A stretch of DNA of 64,000 bases, taken from Alphaproteobacteria bacterium. Its GTDB lineage: Bacteria > Pseudomonadota > Alphaproteobacteria > Bin95. Made by a program: the position numbers and the translations under genes. The notes beneath the pieces were generated by a model. It was given only the letters and a program-made list of their open reading frames with translations, was not told the DNA's origin and searched no databases. This document shows positions 29,867-39,239 of the stretch, piece after piece (position 1 is the stretch's first letter; each line of letters begins with the position of its first letter). The stretch spans positions 928,001 to 992,000 of the forward strand of contig CBDBGH010000003.1 of the NCBI GenBank assembly GCA_965205265.1, in the 5' to 3' direction.

Positions 29867-30970
29867 CTATCCGCCGACGGCTACAAGGCCGGCATGGACA
29901 TCGAGGGTCTTGAGGCCGGAACCCGTCAGCACGAGCACCAGGTCGTCCTCCGGGATCTGCGGCAGGGCTGCGGCGACGACCGCTGAGGTCGGTTCCAGGA
30001 ACCAGCCGGACCGGGCGAGCCGACCTAAAGCGCCGAGGATCGCCTCCTCGCTCACGACGGGGATCGAGCCGCCTGTGGCCCTGACGGCGTCCGCCACCAC
30101 CTGCCCTCTGATCGGCCGCGCCGTCGCGATGCCGTCGGCCACGGTCGGCCCCCGCGGCAGGGATTGGCCGTCGAACAGGGTGCGGATGGGGGAATTGTTG
30201 GCCGCCTGCACCGCATGAAGGCGGGGCAGCGCTTCGATTTCTCCCGCCTCCTGCAATTCCCGGAAGCCGAGATAGAGGCCGAGTATGTTGGCGCCGTTGC
30301 CGCAGGGCGCGGCCACAGCGGCCGGCGCGCGGAAGCCCAGCTGCTCCCACAGCTCGAAGGCAAGTGTCTTCGTGCCTTCGAGGAAGAAGGGCTGGCGGTT
30401 GTGGCTCGCGTAGAACAGTTCCTCCGCAGCCGTGAGCGCCGCTTGCTCCACCGCGTCGCGGTCTCCCGCCACTTCCTGCAGTTCGGCCCCGGCAGCGGCG
30501 ATCTGGACCCGCTTCGCCGCCGGCGCGCCCTCGGGCACCATGATCCGTGCGCGGATTCCGGCGGCGGCGGCATAGGCGGCCACGGACGCCCCGGCATTGC
30601 CGGAACTGTCTTCCAGCAGCGCCTCCACGCCCGCCTGCTTCAGATGCGACATCATGACGGCCGTGCCCCGGTCCTTGAAAGAGCCGGTGGGCATGAGGTG
30701 CTCGCATTTGAATAGCAGCCGGCGGCCGTCCCACTCCGTCCCGACCAGCGGCGTAAAGCCCTCGCCGAGGCTCACCCGGTCCCTGTCATCCACGCGGATC
30801 GCCGCGCGGTAGCGCCAGAGGGACGGTTCGGAGCGCTCGATGTCGTCCCGCCCGAGCCCCCGGCCGGGTTCGAGGCCCAGCAGGCCGCCATCGTCCGGCG
30901 CGCGCCAGAGCGCCCGGTCTGCGGACCAACTCGCGCCGTTTCGCGGATTGATGTAGGAAGCCGCCGCCAT
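29867..30970 (-). CDS. threonine synthase-like fold type II PLP enzyme
   Basis: [42 protein letters not shown]. Confidence 0.85.
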   Translation of the reverse strand: MAAASYINPRNGASWSADRALWRAPDDGGLLGLEPGRGLGRDDIERSEPSLWRYRAAIRVDDRDRVSLGEGFTPLVGTEWDGRRLLFKCEHLMPTGSFKDRGTAVMMSHLKQAGVEALLEDSSGNAGASVAAYAAAAGIRARIMVPEGAPAAKRVQIAAAGAELQEVAGDRDAVEQAALTAAEELFYASHNRQPFFLEGTKTLAFELWEQLGFRAPAAVAAPCGNGANILGLYLGFRELQEAGEIEALPRLHAVQAANNSPIRTLFDGQSLPRGPTVADGIATARPIRGQVVADAVRATGGSIPVVSEEAILGALGRLARSGWFLEPTSAVVAAALPQIPEDDLVLVLTGSGLKTLDVHAGLVAVGG

Positions 30971-30999
30971 TCCGAGCCCTCCGTCCTGCTGCCGCCATC

Positions 31000-32826
31000 G
31001 TGAACGATCTGCGCAATATCGCCATCATCGCCCATGTGGACCACGGCAAGACGACGCTGGTGGACGGCCTGCTGCGCCAGAGCGGCGCCTTCCGTTCGAA
31101 CCAGCGGGTCGCCGAACGCGCGCTCGACTCGAATGCGCTGGAGCGCGAGCGCGGCATTACCATCCTCGCGAAATGCACCTCGGTCGAGTGGAAGGGCGTG
31201 CGCATCAATATCGTGGACACGCCCGGCCACGCCGATTTCGGCGGCGAGGTGGAGCGGGTGCTCGGCATGGTGGACGGCTGCCTCCTGCTCGTCGATGCCT
31301 CCGAGGGGCCGATGCCGCAGACGAAATTCGTGCTGGCCAAGGCGCTGGCGGCCGGGCTTGCGCCCATCGTCGTGGTCAACAAGGTGGACAAGCCGGATGC
31401 GCGCCCCTTCGAGGTCCAGGACGAGACCTTCGACCTCTTCGCCGCGCTGGATGCCAATGAACGCCAGCTCGACTTCCCGACCCTGTTCGCCTCCGCCAAG
31501 GAAGGCTGGGCGGCAACAGCGCCGGAGGGGCCGCGCGAGGGGCTCGGTCCGCTGTTCGACACGATACTGGAGCAGGTGCCGGCGCCCCGCGCCGCTCCCG
31601 ACGGGCCGTTCGCCATGGCGGCGGCCATTCTGGAGTCGGACCCCTTTCTCGGGCGGGTCCTCACCGGCCGGATCGAAAGCGGCGGGATCGGCGCAAACCG
31701 GACGGTCCATGCGCTCCGGCCCGGCGACGGCGTCGTGGAGCGCGCCCGCACGACCCGCCTGCTGGCTTTCCGGGGCCTCAGCCGCGTGCCGGTCGAGCGC
31801 GCGGCTGCGGGCGACATCGTTGCGGTCGCCGGGCTCCAGACGGCGACCGTCGCGGACACGCTGGCCGCGCCCGAGGTCGTGCAGCCGCTTCCCGCCCGGC
31901 CCATCGACCCGCCGACCCTGGCGCTCACCCTTTCCGTCAACGATTCGCCGCTCGCCGGGCAGGACGGCGACAGGCTGACCTCGCGGGAGCTCCGCGCCCG
32001 GCTCATGCGCGAGGCGGAAGGCAATGTCGCCATCCGGGTGACGGAGAGCGCGGAGAAGGACGCCTGCGAGGTCGCCGGGCGGGGCGAGCTTCAGATGGCG
32101 GTGCTGATCGAGACGATGCGGCGCGAGGGCTTCGAGCTTTCCGTTTCGCGCCCGCGGGTCCTGCTCGAAACCGATCCGGAGACCGGCAAGCGCCTCGAAC
32201 CCGTCGAGGAAGTGACGGTGGATGTGGACACAGAGCACGCCGGCGCGGTGGTCGAGAAGATGGGCCAGCGCAAGGCGGAGCTGATCGACATGCGGCCGAC
32301 CGGCGCGGGGCGCCAGCGGCTGGTGTTCCATGCGCCGTCGCGCGGGCTCATCGGCTATCACGGCGAGTTCCTGGCCGATACGCGCGGCACCGGCGTGCTG
32401 CACCGGCTGTTCCACAGCTACGCGCCCTGGAAGGGGCGGATGGCGGGCCGGTGGCGCGGCGTCATGGTTTCGCTGGAGCGGGGCAGGGCGGCGGCCTATG
32501 CGCTCTGGAACCTGGAGGAGCGCGGACGGCTGTTCATCGCGCCGGGCGAGCCCGTCTATGGCGGCATGGTGATCGGCGAATGCGCGCGCGGCCAGGACAT
32601 CGAGGTCAACCCGCTCAAGTCCAAGCAGCTCACCAATTTCCGCGCCGCCGGCAAGGACGACGCCATATTGCTCTCGCCGCCCGAGGACATGGCGCTGGAG
32701 CGCGCCATCGCCTGGATCGCCGACGACGAGCTTGTGGAGGTGACGCCGAACGCGGTGCGCCTGCGCAAGCGTTACCTCGACATGCACGAACGCAGGCGGC
32801 AAGCTAAGAGAATGGCGGCGGAATAG
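31000..32826 (+). CDS. typA: translational GTPase TypA/BipA
   Basis: [39 protein letters not shown]. Confidence 0.97.
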   Translation: MNDLRNIAIIAHVDHGKTTLVDGLLRQSGAFRSNQRVAERALDSNALERERGITILAKCTSVEWKGVRINIVDTPGHADFGGEVERVLGMVDGCLLLVDASEGPMPQTKFVLAKALAAGLAPIVVVNKVDKPDARPFEVQDETFDLFAALDANERQLDFPTLFASAKEGWAATAPEGPREGLGPLFDTILEQVPAPRAAPDGPFAMAAAILESDPFLGRVLTGRIESGGIGANRTVHALRPGDGVVERARTTRLLAFRGLSRVPVERAAAGDIVAVAGLQTATVADTLAAPEVVQPLPARPIDPPTLALTLSVNDSPLAGQDGDRLTSRELRARLMREAEGNVAIRVTESAEKDACEVAGRGELQMAVLIETMRREGFELSVSRPRVLLETDPETGKRLEPVEEVTVDVDTEHAGAVVEKMGQRKAELIDMRPTGAGRQRLVFHAPSRGLIGYHGEFLADTRGTGVLHRLFHSYAPWKGRMAGRWRGVMVSLERGRAAAYALWNLEERGRLFIAPGEPVYGGMVIGECARGQDIEVNPLKSKQLTNFRAAGKDDAILLSPPEDMALERAIAWIADDELVEVTPNAVRLRKRYLDMHERRRQAKRMAAE

Positions 32827-32842
32827 CGGCGGGAGTGGAACG

Positions 32843-33340
32843 ATGGCGCTCTCATGGTCCCATATGGTGCTCTATGTCGAGGACGTGGAGCGGATGCTGG
32901 CCTTCTACACCGGTGTGCTCGGCTTCGAGGTGACCGACCGCGGGCCGCTGGGGCGGGACGGCAGGGAGATCGTCTTCCTCAGCCAGGACCCCGACGAACA
33001 TCACCAGGTCGCGTTCATCGACGGCAGGAAGGAGTCCGGCCCCTCCAACAGCGTCAACCATGCGGCCTTCCGCATCGACGATCTTGCGGCGCTCAGGAAG
33101 ATGTCGGCGGCGCTGGATGCCGAGGGGGTCGCCTGCAATCCGCGCAGCCACGGCAACACCTGGTCGATCTATTTCGAGGACCCGGAGCAGAACGGCATCG
33201 AGATCTTCTGCGACACGCCCTGGAAGGTGGCCCAGCCGCAGGCGGTCGCCTGGGACCCGGCGCTGAGCGACGAAGACCTCGCCCGCTGGACCGAGGAACG
33301 CTTCCGCGACCAGCCGGGCTTCGCGCCCGCCGACGCCTGA
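32843..33340 (+). CDS. VOC (glyoxalase-like) family protein
   Basis: SHMVLYV, EHHQV, NHAAF, HGNTWSIYFEDPEQNGIE. Confidence 0.88.
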   Translation: MALSWSHMVLYVEDVERMLAFYTGVLGFEVTDRGPLGRDGREIVFLSQDPDEHHQVAFIDGRKESGPSNSVNHAAFRIDDLAALRKMSAALDAEGVACNPRSHGNTWSIYFEDPEQNGIEIFCDTPWKVAQPQAVAWDPALSDEDLARWTEERFRDQPGFAPADA

Positions 33341-33351
33341 GCGGCGCGCCC

Positions 33352-35022
33352 GTGACCGAAATCACCGTCGCCGAGGCGTATCTGGCGCTGCTGAAGGCGC
33401 GCGGCGTGGATGTGCTGTTCGCCAATCCGGGCACCGATTTCGCGCCCATCGTCGAGGCCTATGCGCGGGCCGGGGAGACGGGGCTCGATTTCCCCACACC
33501 CCACACCATCGTGCACGAGACCGTGGCGGTCGGCATGGCGGACGGCTACTGGCAGGCGTCCGGCCGGATGGCGGCCGTCATGGCGCATGTGAATGTCGGC
33601 ACCGCCAACGCGTTGATGGGCCTCATCAACGCCCGGCGCGACAATGTGCCGATCTTCATGGCCGCCGGCCGCTCGCCCGTGACCGAGAAGGGCCGCAAGG
33701 GCGCGCGCGACCGCGGCATCCACTGGGGCCAGGATATGTACGACCAGGCGGGCATGCTGCGCGAGGCGGTGAAGTGGGACTATGAGCTGCGCCTTGCGGA
33801 CCAGCTTGAGGCGGTGGTGGAGCGCGCGCTCGCCGTTGCCGCCTCGCCGCCTCGGGGGCCGGTCTATTTCACCATGCCGCGCGAGATCATGGCGGAGCCG
33901 CTGCCGGGCTTCCGCCTCTCGCCGGAGCCGCGCCAGAAGCCGGTGTCTCCGGGCCTGCCGGACCCGGCCGCCATCGCCGAGGGAGCCGCCGTGCTGTCGG
34001 CTGCGGCGCGGCCGCTGATCGTCGCCAACCGGGGCGCCGGCTGGCAGGTGCTGGCGGATTTCGCCGAACGGTTTGCGATGCCGGTGGTCGAGTTCTGGGC
34101 GAGCCGCGCCTCGCTGCCGGGCGACCACCCCATGCATGGCGGCTTCGATCCCGGCCCCTGGCTCGGGGACGCTGACGCCGTGCTGGTCCTGGACGCGATG
34201 GTGCCCTGGATGCCGGCGGAGCAGGACATTCCGCCCGGCTGCAAGGTGGTGCAGGCGGGCGCTGACCCGCTGTTCTCCGATGTGCCGATGCGCGGGTTTC
34301 CCGCCGATGTCGCCATTGCCGGGGACCCGGCGGCCGTGCTGGAGGCGCTGGCCGCGGACATGGCGCCGCCGCCGAAGGGCCGGGGAAAGGAAGTCGCCCG
34401 CCGCTGCCGCGAGGGGCGGGAGGCGCGCATCGCCGCCGCGGAGGCCGGCGGTGCGTCCGCGCCGATGTCGCCGGGTTGGGTCGCCCGCTGCCTCGACCGG
34501 GCGCTGCCGGACGACGCCATGATCTTCAACGAGCTGGGCGCGCCGCTCCCGGCGCTCACCGTCCGCGATCCGCTCGGCTATTTCGGCGGCTCGCTGGCGG
34601 GCGGGCTCGGCTGGGGGTTGCCGGCGGCGATGGGCGCGAAGCTCGCCCGGCCGGAGCGCATGGCGGTCGCCTGCGTCGGCGACGGCTCATACATGTTCGC
34701 CAACCCCGTCGCCTGCCACCAGGCGGGTGCTTCGCTCGGCCTTCCGGTGCTGACGCTCGTCTTCAACAACGGCATCTACAACGCCGTCCGGCGGGCGGCG
34801 CTCTCGGTCTATCCGGACGGCCATGCGAGCCGCGCCAATGTCATGCCGCTGACCTCGCTGGAGCCCGCGCCGCGCTACGACCTCATCGCGCAGGCGAGCG
34901 GCGGGCACGGGGAGCGGGTGGAGGACCCGGAGGCCCTTCCGGACGCCCTCTCCCGCGCCATCGAAACCGTGACCGGAGAAGGCCGCCAGGCGCTGTTGGA
35001 TATCGCCGTCGGCGTGCCCTGA
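33352..35022 (+). CDS. thiamine diphosphate-dependent enzyme (ALS/decarboxylase family)
   Basis: ANPGTDF, HETVAVGMADGY, HVNVGTAN, GDGSY...NNGIYN. Confidence 0.88.
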   Translation: MTEITVAEAYLALLKARGVDVLFANPGTDFAPIVEAYARAGETGLDFPTPHTIVHETVAVGMADGYWQASGRMAAVMAHVNVGTANALMGLINARRDNVPIFMAAGRSPVTEKGRKGARDRGIHWGQDMYDQAGMLREAVKWDYELRLADQLEAVVERALAVAASPPRGPVYFTMPREIMAEPLPGFRLSPEPRQKPVSPGLPDPAAIAEGAAVLSAAARPLIVANRGAGWQVLADFAERFAMPVVEFWASRASLPGDHPMHGGFDPGPWLGDADAVLVLDAMVPWMPAEQDIPPGCKVVQAGADPLFSDVPMRGFPADVAIAGDPAAVLEALAADMAPPPKGRGKEVARRCREGREARIAAAEAGGASAPMSPGWVARCLDRALPDDAMIFNELGAPLPALTVRDPLGYFGGSLAGGLGWGLPAAMGAKLARPERMAVACVGDGSYMFANPVACHQAGASLGLPVLTLVFNNGIYNAVRRAALSVYPDGHASRANVMPLTSLEPAPRYDLIAQASGGHGERVEDPEALPDALSRAIETVTGEGRQALLDIAVGVP

Positions 35023-35027
35023 CAGGT

Positions 35028-35873
35028 TCAGGACGCGGACGCGGCGAGCGGCGCGTAGTCGTCCAGCAGCCTGAGCGCCTCGTCGCGGCTCACGTCCGGT
35101 ATCTCGAACAGCGCGCGGTCCATGCCGGCCTCGCGGCAGGCGTCGAGCTTCTCCTTGTCCGGCGGCGCGCGGAAGAGCGTGACCTGCAGGGTGGACATGT
35201 CCCGCCCGGCGGCGTCGGCATGGGCGCGCAGGCGGTCCATCTCGACCCTGGGGTCGAAGCCCGGCCTCGGCCGCGGCAGCCAGCCGTCGCAATAGTCCAC
35301 CACGCGGCGCAGCGTGTAATCGGTCTCCCCGCCCATCAGCAGCGGCGGGTTCGGCGTCTGGACCGGCTTCGGCCAGGACCAGCAGGGCTCGAAAGACACA
35401 TGCTCGCCGGAGAAGGACGCCTCGTCCTCCGTCCAGAGCTTCTTCATCGCCAGCACGCGCTCGCGCACGATTGCGAATCTCGTGCGGTAGGTCGCGCCGT
35501 GGTCTTCCATCTCCTCGACGTTCCAGCCGCCGCCGAGGCCGAAGACGAAGCGCCCGCCGGACAGCCGGTCGAGGCTCGCCACCACCTTGGCCGTCACGAT
35601 CGGGTCCCGCTGGGCCAGCAGGCAGATGCCCGTGCCGATGGTGAGCTTCTCCGTCGCCGCCGCCGCGAAGGAAAGCGCGATGAAGGGGTCGTGGGTGTGC
35701 GCATAGCGCTTCTGCAGCGGCCCGCCGGCCGGGAAGGGCGAGCGCCGGCTGGTGGGAATGTGGGTGTGCTCGGGCACGAAAAGCGCCTCGAAGCCCCTCT
35801 CTTCCAGCGCGACGGCAAGCTCGGCGATGTCGATGGAATAGTCCGTCGGGAAGATGAAGACGCCGGTTTTCAT
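35028..35873 (-). CDS. LLM class F420-dependent oxidoreductase
   Basis: EHTHIPTSRRSP, DPFIALS, LDRLSGGRF, GGGWNVEEM, WSWPKPVQ, DGWLP. Confidence 0.88.
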   Translation of the reverse strand: MKTGVFIFPTDYSIDIAELAVALEERGFEALFVPEHTHIPTSRRSPFPAGGPLQKRYAHTHDPFIALSFAAAATEKLTIGTGICLLAQRDPIVTAKVVASLDRLSGGRFVFGLGGGWNVEEMEDHGATYRTRFAIVRERVLAMKKLWTEDEASFSGEHVSFEPCWSWPKPVQTPNPPLLMGGETDYTLRRVVDYCDGWLPRPRPGFDPRVEMDRLRAHADAAGRDMSTLQVTLFRAPPDKEKLDACREAGMDRALFEIPDVSRDEALRLLDDYAPLAASAS

Positions 35874-36919
35874 GTGTCGGGAGAGTCCTTTTCTCGATAT
35901 CGGGCAAGGCGCTCGGCGATCTCTTCCTCCCGGAGGATGCCGAGCTCGACGATGTTAGCCTTTAGGGCCAGGAGCCAGCGCTGATAGTAGCCGAGGCCGT
36001 CATAGAGCGGCCCGGGCAGGTCCTCCTGCGCGCGCTGGCTGCTGTCGCTGGTCAGGCGCGGATCGTGGTCCTGGAGCAGGACCTTCATCGCATCGACGCG
36101 CTTGCCGAACCCGTCGGGCGGGGTCTCGTCGCGCTCGACCGGGCCGGCGTCGCGGCCGCCATAGTCGCTGACGAGGCCGGAAGCGTTGGGAGAGGTTGCA
36201 GCCATCAGATAGTTCACCGAAAGGTCGCGGGTAAGGCGCCAGGCTCCGGAAAGCGGCGCATAGCTCATGCCCGAAACCGCCGCCGGACGCAAACCCGCCG
36301 CCCGCGCCGCGCGCGCCAGCTCCGAAGGCTTGACGAAACGCGAGAAGTCATGCGTGCCCGGCGGCAGCCAGCGCAGCAGGTATTCCGCGCCGATCTTCGC
36401 CTTGAGCAGGCTCTCCGCCGTGCGGTTGAGCGTCGAGAACAGCATGAGCCCGCCGGGCTTGAGCAAGCCCGCCGCCGCGTGCACGAACGCGCCGAGGTCC
36501 GGGACATGCTCCACGAGCTCCAGCGCAAGGACGGCGTCGAAGCGCTCGCCGGCCAGGGATTCGACCGCGGCGCAGCGATAGTCGATGTCGAGGCCGGCGG
36601 CCGCTGCATGGGCGCGCGCAATCTCGACGGTCTCCGGCTCCGCGTCGATGGCGGTGACGGCGGCGCCCAGCCGCGCCATCGGCTCCGCCATGAGCCCGCC
36701 GCCGCATCCGGCGTCCAGCAGGCTGAGGCCCGCCAGTGGGCGCGGCGCCAGCGGGTCGCGGCCGAAGCGGTCGGCGATCCGGTCCCGCACCCAGCCGATC
36801 CTGACCGGGTTCATGGCGTGGAGCGGCCTGAACTTGCCCTCCGGGTCCCACCACTCATCCGCCATCGCGGCGAAACGCCGGGTTTCCTCGACATCCACGG
36901 TTGCGCCGGGTTCTGTCAT
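35870..36919 (-). CDS. ubiG: UbiG O-methyltransferase fused in frame to a nitrile/thiocyanate hydratase beta-subunit N-terminal-like domain
   Basis: WWDPEGKFRPLHAMNPVR, LDAGCGGG, LELVEHV, GAEYLLRWLPPGTH, VNYLMAA; no stop, continues into DYGGRDAGPV...RAQEDL...YYQRWLLAL...GIL. Confidence 0.85.
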   Translation of the reverse strand: MTEPGATVDVEETRRFAAMADEWWDPEGKFRPLHAMNPVRIGWVRDRIADRFGRDPLAPRPLAGLSLLDAGCGGGLMAEPMARLGAAVTAIDAEPETVEIARAHAAAAGLDIDYRCAAVESLAGERFDAVLALELVEHVPDLGAFVHAAAGLLKPGGLMLFSTLNRTAESLLKAKIGAEYLLRWLPPGTHDFSRFVKPSELARAARAAGLRPAAVSGMSYAPLSGAWRLTRDLSVNYLMAATSPNASGLVSDYGGRDAGPVERDETPPDGFGKRVDAMKVLLQDHDPRLTSDSSQRAQEDLPGPLYDGLGYYQRWLLALKANIVELGILREEEIAERLARYREKDSPDT

Positions 36920-37003
36920 CGCAACTTGTTCCAACCGGGAGGCCGGAATATGTTGCGCCCGCCCGCCGGCGGCAAGCCGTTGCAGGCGGTCGAAGGGTGT
37001 TTC

Positions 37004-38221
37004 ATGGCACGTCTCGTCTTGAAATTCGGCGGCACCTCCGTCGCTGACCGGGAGCATATCCGCAATGCGGCCGGGCGCGTGGCGCGCGAAGCGGCGGCAG
37101 GGCATGAGGTAGCCGTCGTGGTGTCCGCGATGTCGGGAGTCACCAATGACCTCGTCGGGCAGGTTGCCGCGGTCGCGCCGGTCCACGACACGGCGGAATA
37201 CGATGCCGTGGTCGCTACCGGCGAGCAGATTACCAGCGGGCTGATGGCGCTGACCCTGCAGGAGATGGGCGTGCCGGCGCGGTCCTTCCAGGGTTGGCAA
37301 TTGCCGATACGCACCGACGGAACGCACGGCCGGGCGCGCATCCGGCAGGTGGAAGGCGAATCGCTGCGCGCGGCGGCGGCAGCCGGGCAGGTCGCCGTGG
37401 TGGCGGGCTTCCAGGGGCTTTCGCCGGACGGGCGGGTCACCACGCTCGGCCGCGGCGGCTCGGACACGACGGCGGTTGCGCTGGCCGCGGCGCTCGAGGC
37501 GGACCGTTGCGACATCTACACCGATGTGGACGGCGTCTATACCTGCGACCCGAGGGTGGTCCCGAGAGCGCGGAAGATCGAGCGGATCGCGTTCGAGGAA
37601 ATGCTGGAAATGGCGAGCCAGGGCGCCAAGGTCCTGCAGACGCGCTCGGTTGCCATGGCGATGCGGCGCGGCGTACGACTCCGGGTGCTCTCCAGCTTCG
37701 AGGAGACGCCGGGAACCCTGATCGTCGGCGAGGATGAGATAGTGGAAGAACAGGTGGTTACCGGAGTGGCGGTCTCGCGGGAGGACGCGAAGGTGACGCT
37801 GACGGGCGTGGAAGACCGCCCCGGGGTCGCCGCGGCGATTTTCGGCCCGCTTGCCGATGCCGAGATCAATGTCGATATGATCGTTCAGAACGTCGCCGAC
37901 GGAGGCCGGCACACGGACATCACCTTCACGGTGCCGAAGCCCGACCTCGAGCGCGCCACCGCTTTGCTGAGGGAAGCCTCGCTTGCGTTCGAATCGCTGG
38001 TGCCGGACCCGAATGTCGCCAAGGTATCGGTCGTCGGCATCGGGATGCGCAGCCATGCCGGCGTCGCCCAGAGGATGTTCGCGACGCTGGCCGCGCGCGG
38101 CATCAATATCGAGGTGATCTCGACCTCCGAGATCAAGATCAGCGTGTTGATCGAGGAGGAATATGCGGAACTGGCGGCAAGGGCGCTGCATACGGCCTAT
38201 GGACTCGACCGCGACGATTGA
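37004..38221 (+). CDS. lysC: aspartate kinase
   Basis: LKFGGTSV, VVSAM, TTLGRGGSD, YTDVDG, two ACT domains, STSEIKIS. Confidence 0.95.
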   Translation: MARLVLKFGGTSVADREHIRNAAGRVAREAAAGHEVAVVVSAMSGVTNDLVGQVAAVAPVHDTAEYDAVVATGEQITSGLMALTLQEMGVPARSFQGWQLPIRTDGTHGRARIRQVEGESLRAAAAAGQVAVVAGFQGLSPDGRVTTLGRGGSDTTAVALAAALEADRCDIYTDVDGVYTCDPRVVPRARKIERIAFEEMLEMASQGAKVLQTRSVAMAMRRGVRLRVLSSFEETPGTLIVGEDEIVEEQVVTGVAVSREDAKVTLTGVEDRPGVAAAIFGPLADAEINVDMIVQNVADGGRHTDITFTVPKPDLERATALLREASLAFESLVPDPNVAKVSVVGIGMRSHAGVAQRMFATLAARGINIEVISTSEIKISVLIEEEYAELAARALHTAYGLDRDD

Positions 38222-38222
38222 G

Positions 38223-39239
38223 ATGGGCGCGAGGGCGCAGCTCGACCGGCTCTGGGCGCGGGGCCGGGAATTCCTCGGCTGCGAGGCCGCCGTCATGGGC
38301 GGTGCCATGACATGGGTTTCGGAACGGAACCTGGTTTCGGCGATATCGGAGGCCGGGGCGTTCGGCGTCATCGCCTGCGGCGCGATGGAGCCCGACCGGC
38401 TGGCGCTGGAGATTGCCGGCACGCGGGCGCTCACGGACAAGCCCTTCGGCGTCAACCTCATCACCATGCATCCGCAGCTCGATGCGCTGATCGATGTCTG
38501 CGGCGAGATGGGCGTCAGCCACATCGTGCTGGCGGGCGGGCTGCCCGGCCGCGTCGCCATGCGCCGCGTAAAAGGGTGGGGCGCCAGGCTCGTCTGCTTT
38601 GCCCCGGCCCTTCCCCTCGCCCGCAAGCTGGTGCGGGACGGGGCCGATGCGCTGATCGTCGAAGGGGCGGAAGCCGGCGGGCATACCGGGCCCGTGGCGA
38701 CTGCGGTGCTCGCGCAGGAGATCCTGCCCGAGATCCGCGAGGTCCCGGTTTTCGTGGCCGGCGGCATCGGACGGGGCGAGGCGGTGCTTGCCTTCCTGGA
38801 GATGGGCGCGTCGGGCTGCCAGATCGGCACGCGGTTCGCAGCAGCGGAGGAATCGATCGCGCATCCGCGCTTCAAGCAGGCGTTCCTGCGCGGCGAGGCG
38901 CGGGACGCGGTGCTGTCGCAGCAGGTGGACCCGCGCTTCCCGGTGGTTCCCGTGCGCGCGCTCGCCAACGATGCGTCCCGCCGGTTCGCCGCGTTCCAGC
39001 ATGAGGTGATCGCGCGCCACCGGGCCGGCGAACTCGGCCTCAAGGAGGCGCAGCTCGAAATCGAGCATTTCTGGGCCGGCGCATTGCGGCGCGCCGTCAT
39101 CGAGGGGGACGTCGAGAACGGTTCGGTCATGGCGGGCCAGAGCGTCGGCATGGTGAAGCGCATCGAGCCGGTGTCGGACATCCTCGAAGAGTTGCGCGGG
39201 CAGGCGCTTGCCATGCTGATGGAACGGAGGCGCCTGTGA
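38223..39239 (+). CDS. nitronate monooxygenase/FabK-like flavin oxidoreductase
   Basis: GGAMTWVSE, PFGVNLI, EGAEAGGH, AGGIGRG, GTRF, MAGQSVG. Confidence 0.88.
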   Translation: MGARAQLDRLWARGREFLGCEAAVMGGAMTWVSERNLVSAISEAGAFGVIACGAMEPDRLALEIAGTRALTDKPFGVNLITMHPQLDALIDVCGEMGVSHIVLAGGLPGRVAMRRVKGWGARLVCFAPALPLARKLVRDGADALIVEGAEAGGHTGPVATAVLAQEILPEIREVPVFVAGGIGRGEAVLAFLEMGASGCQIGTRFAAAEESIAHPRFKQAFLRGEARDAVLSQQVDPRFPVVPVRALANDASRRFAAFQHEVIARHRAGELGLKEAQLEIEHFWAGALRRAVIEGDVENGSVMAGQSVGMVKRIEPVSDILEELRGQALAMLMERRRL

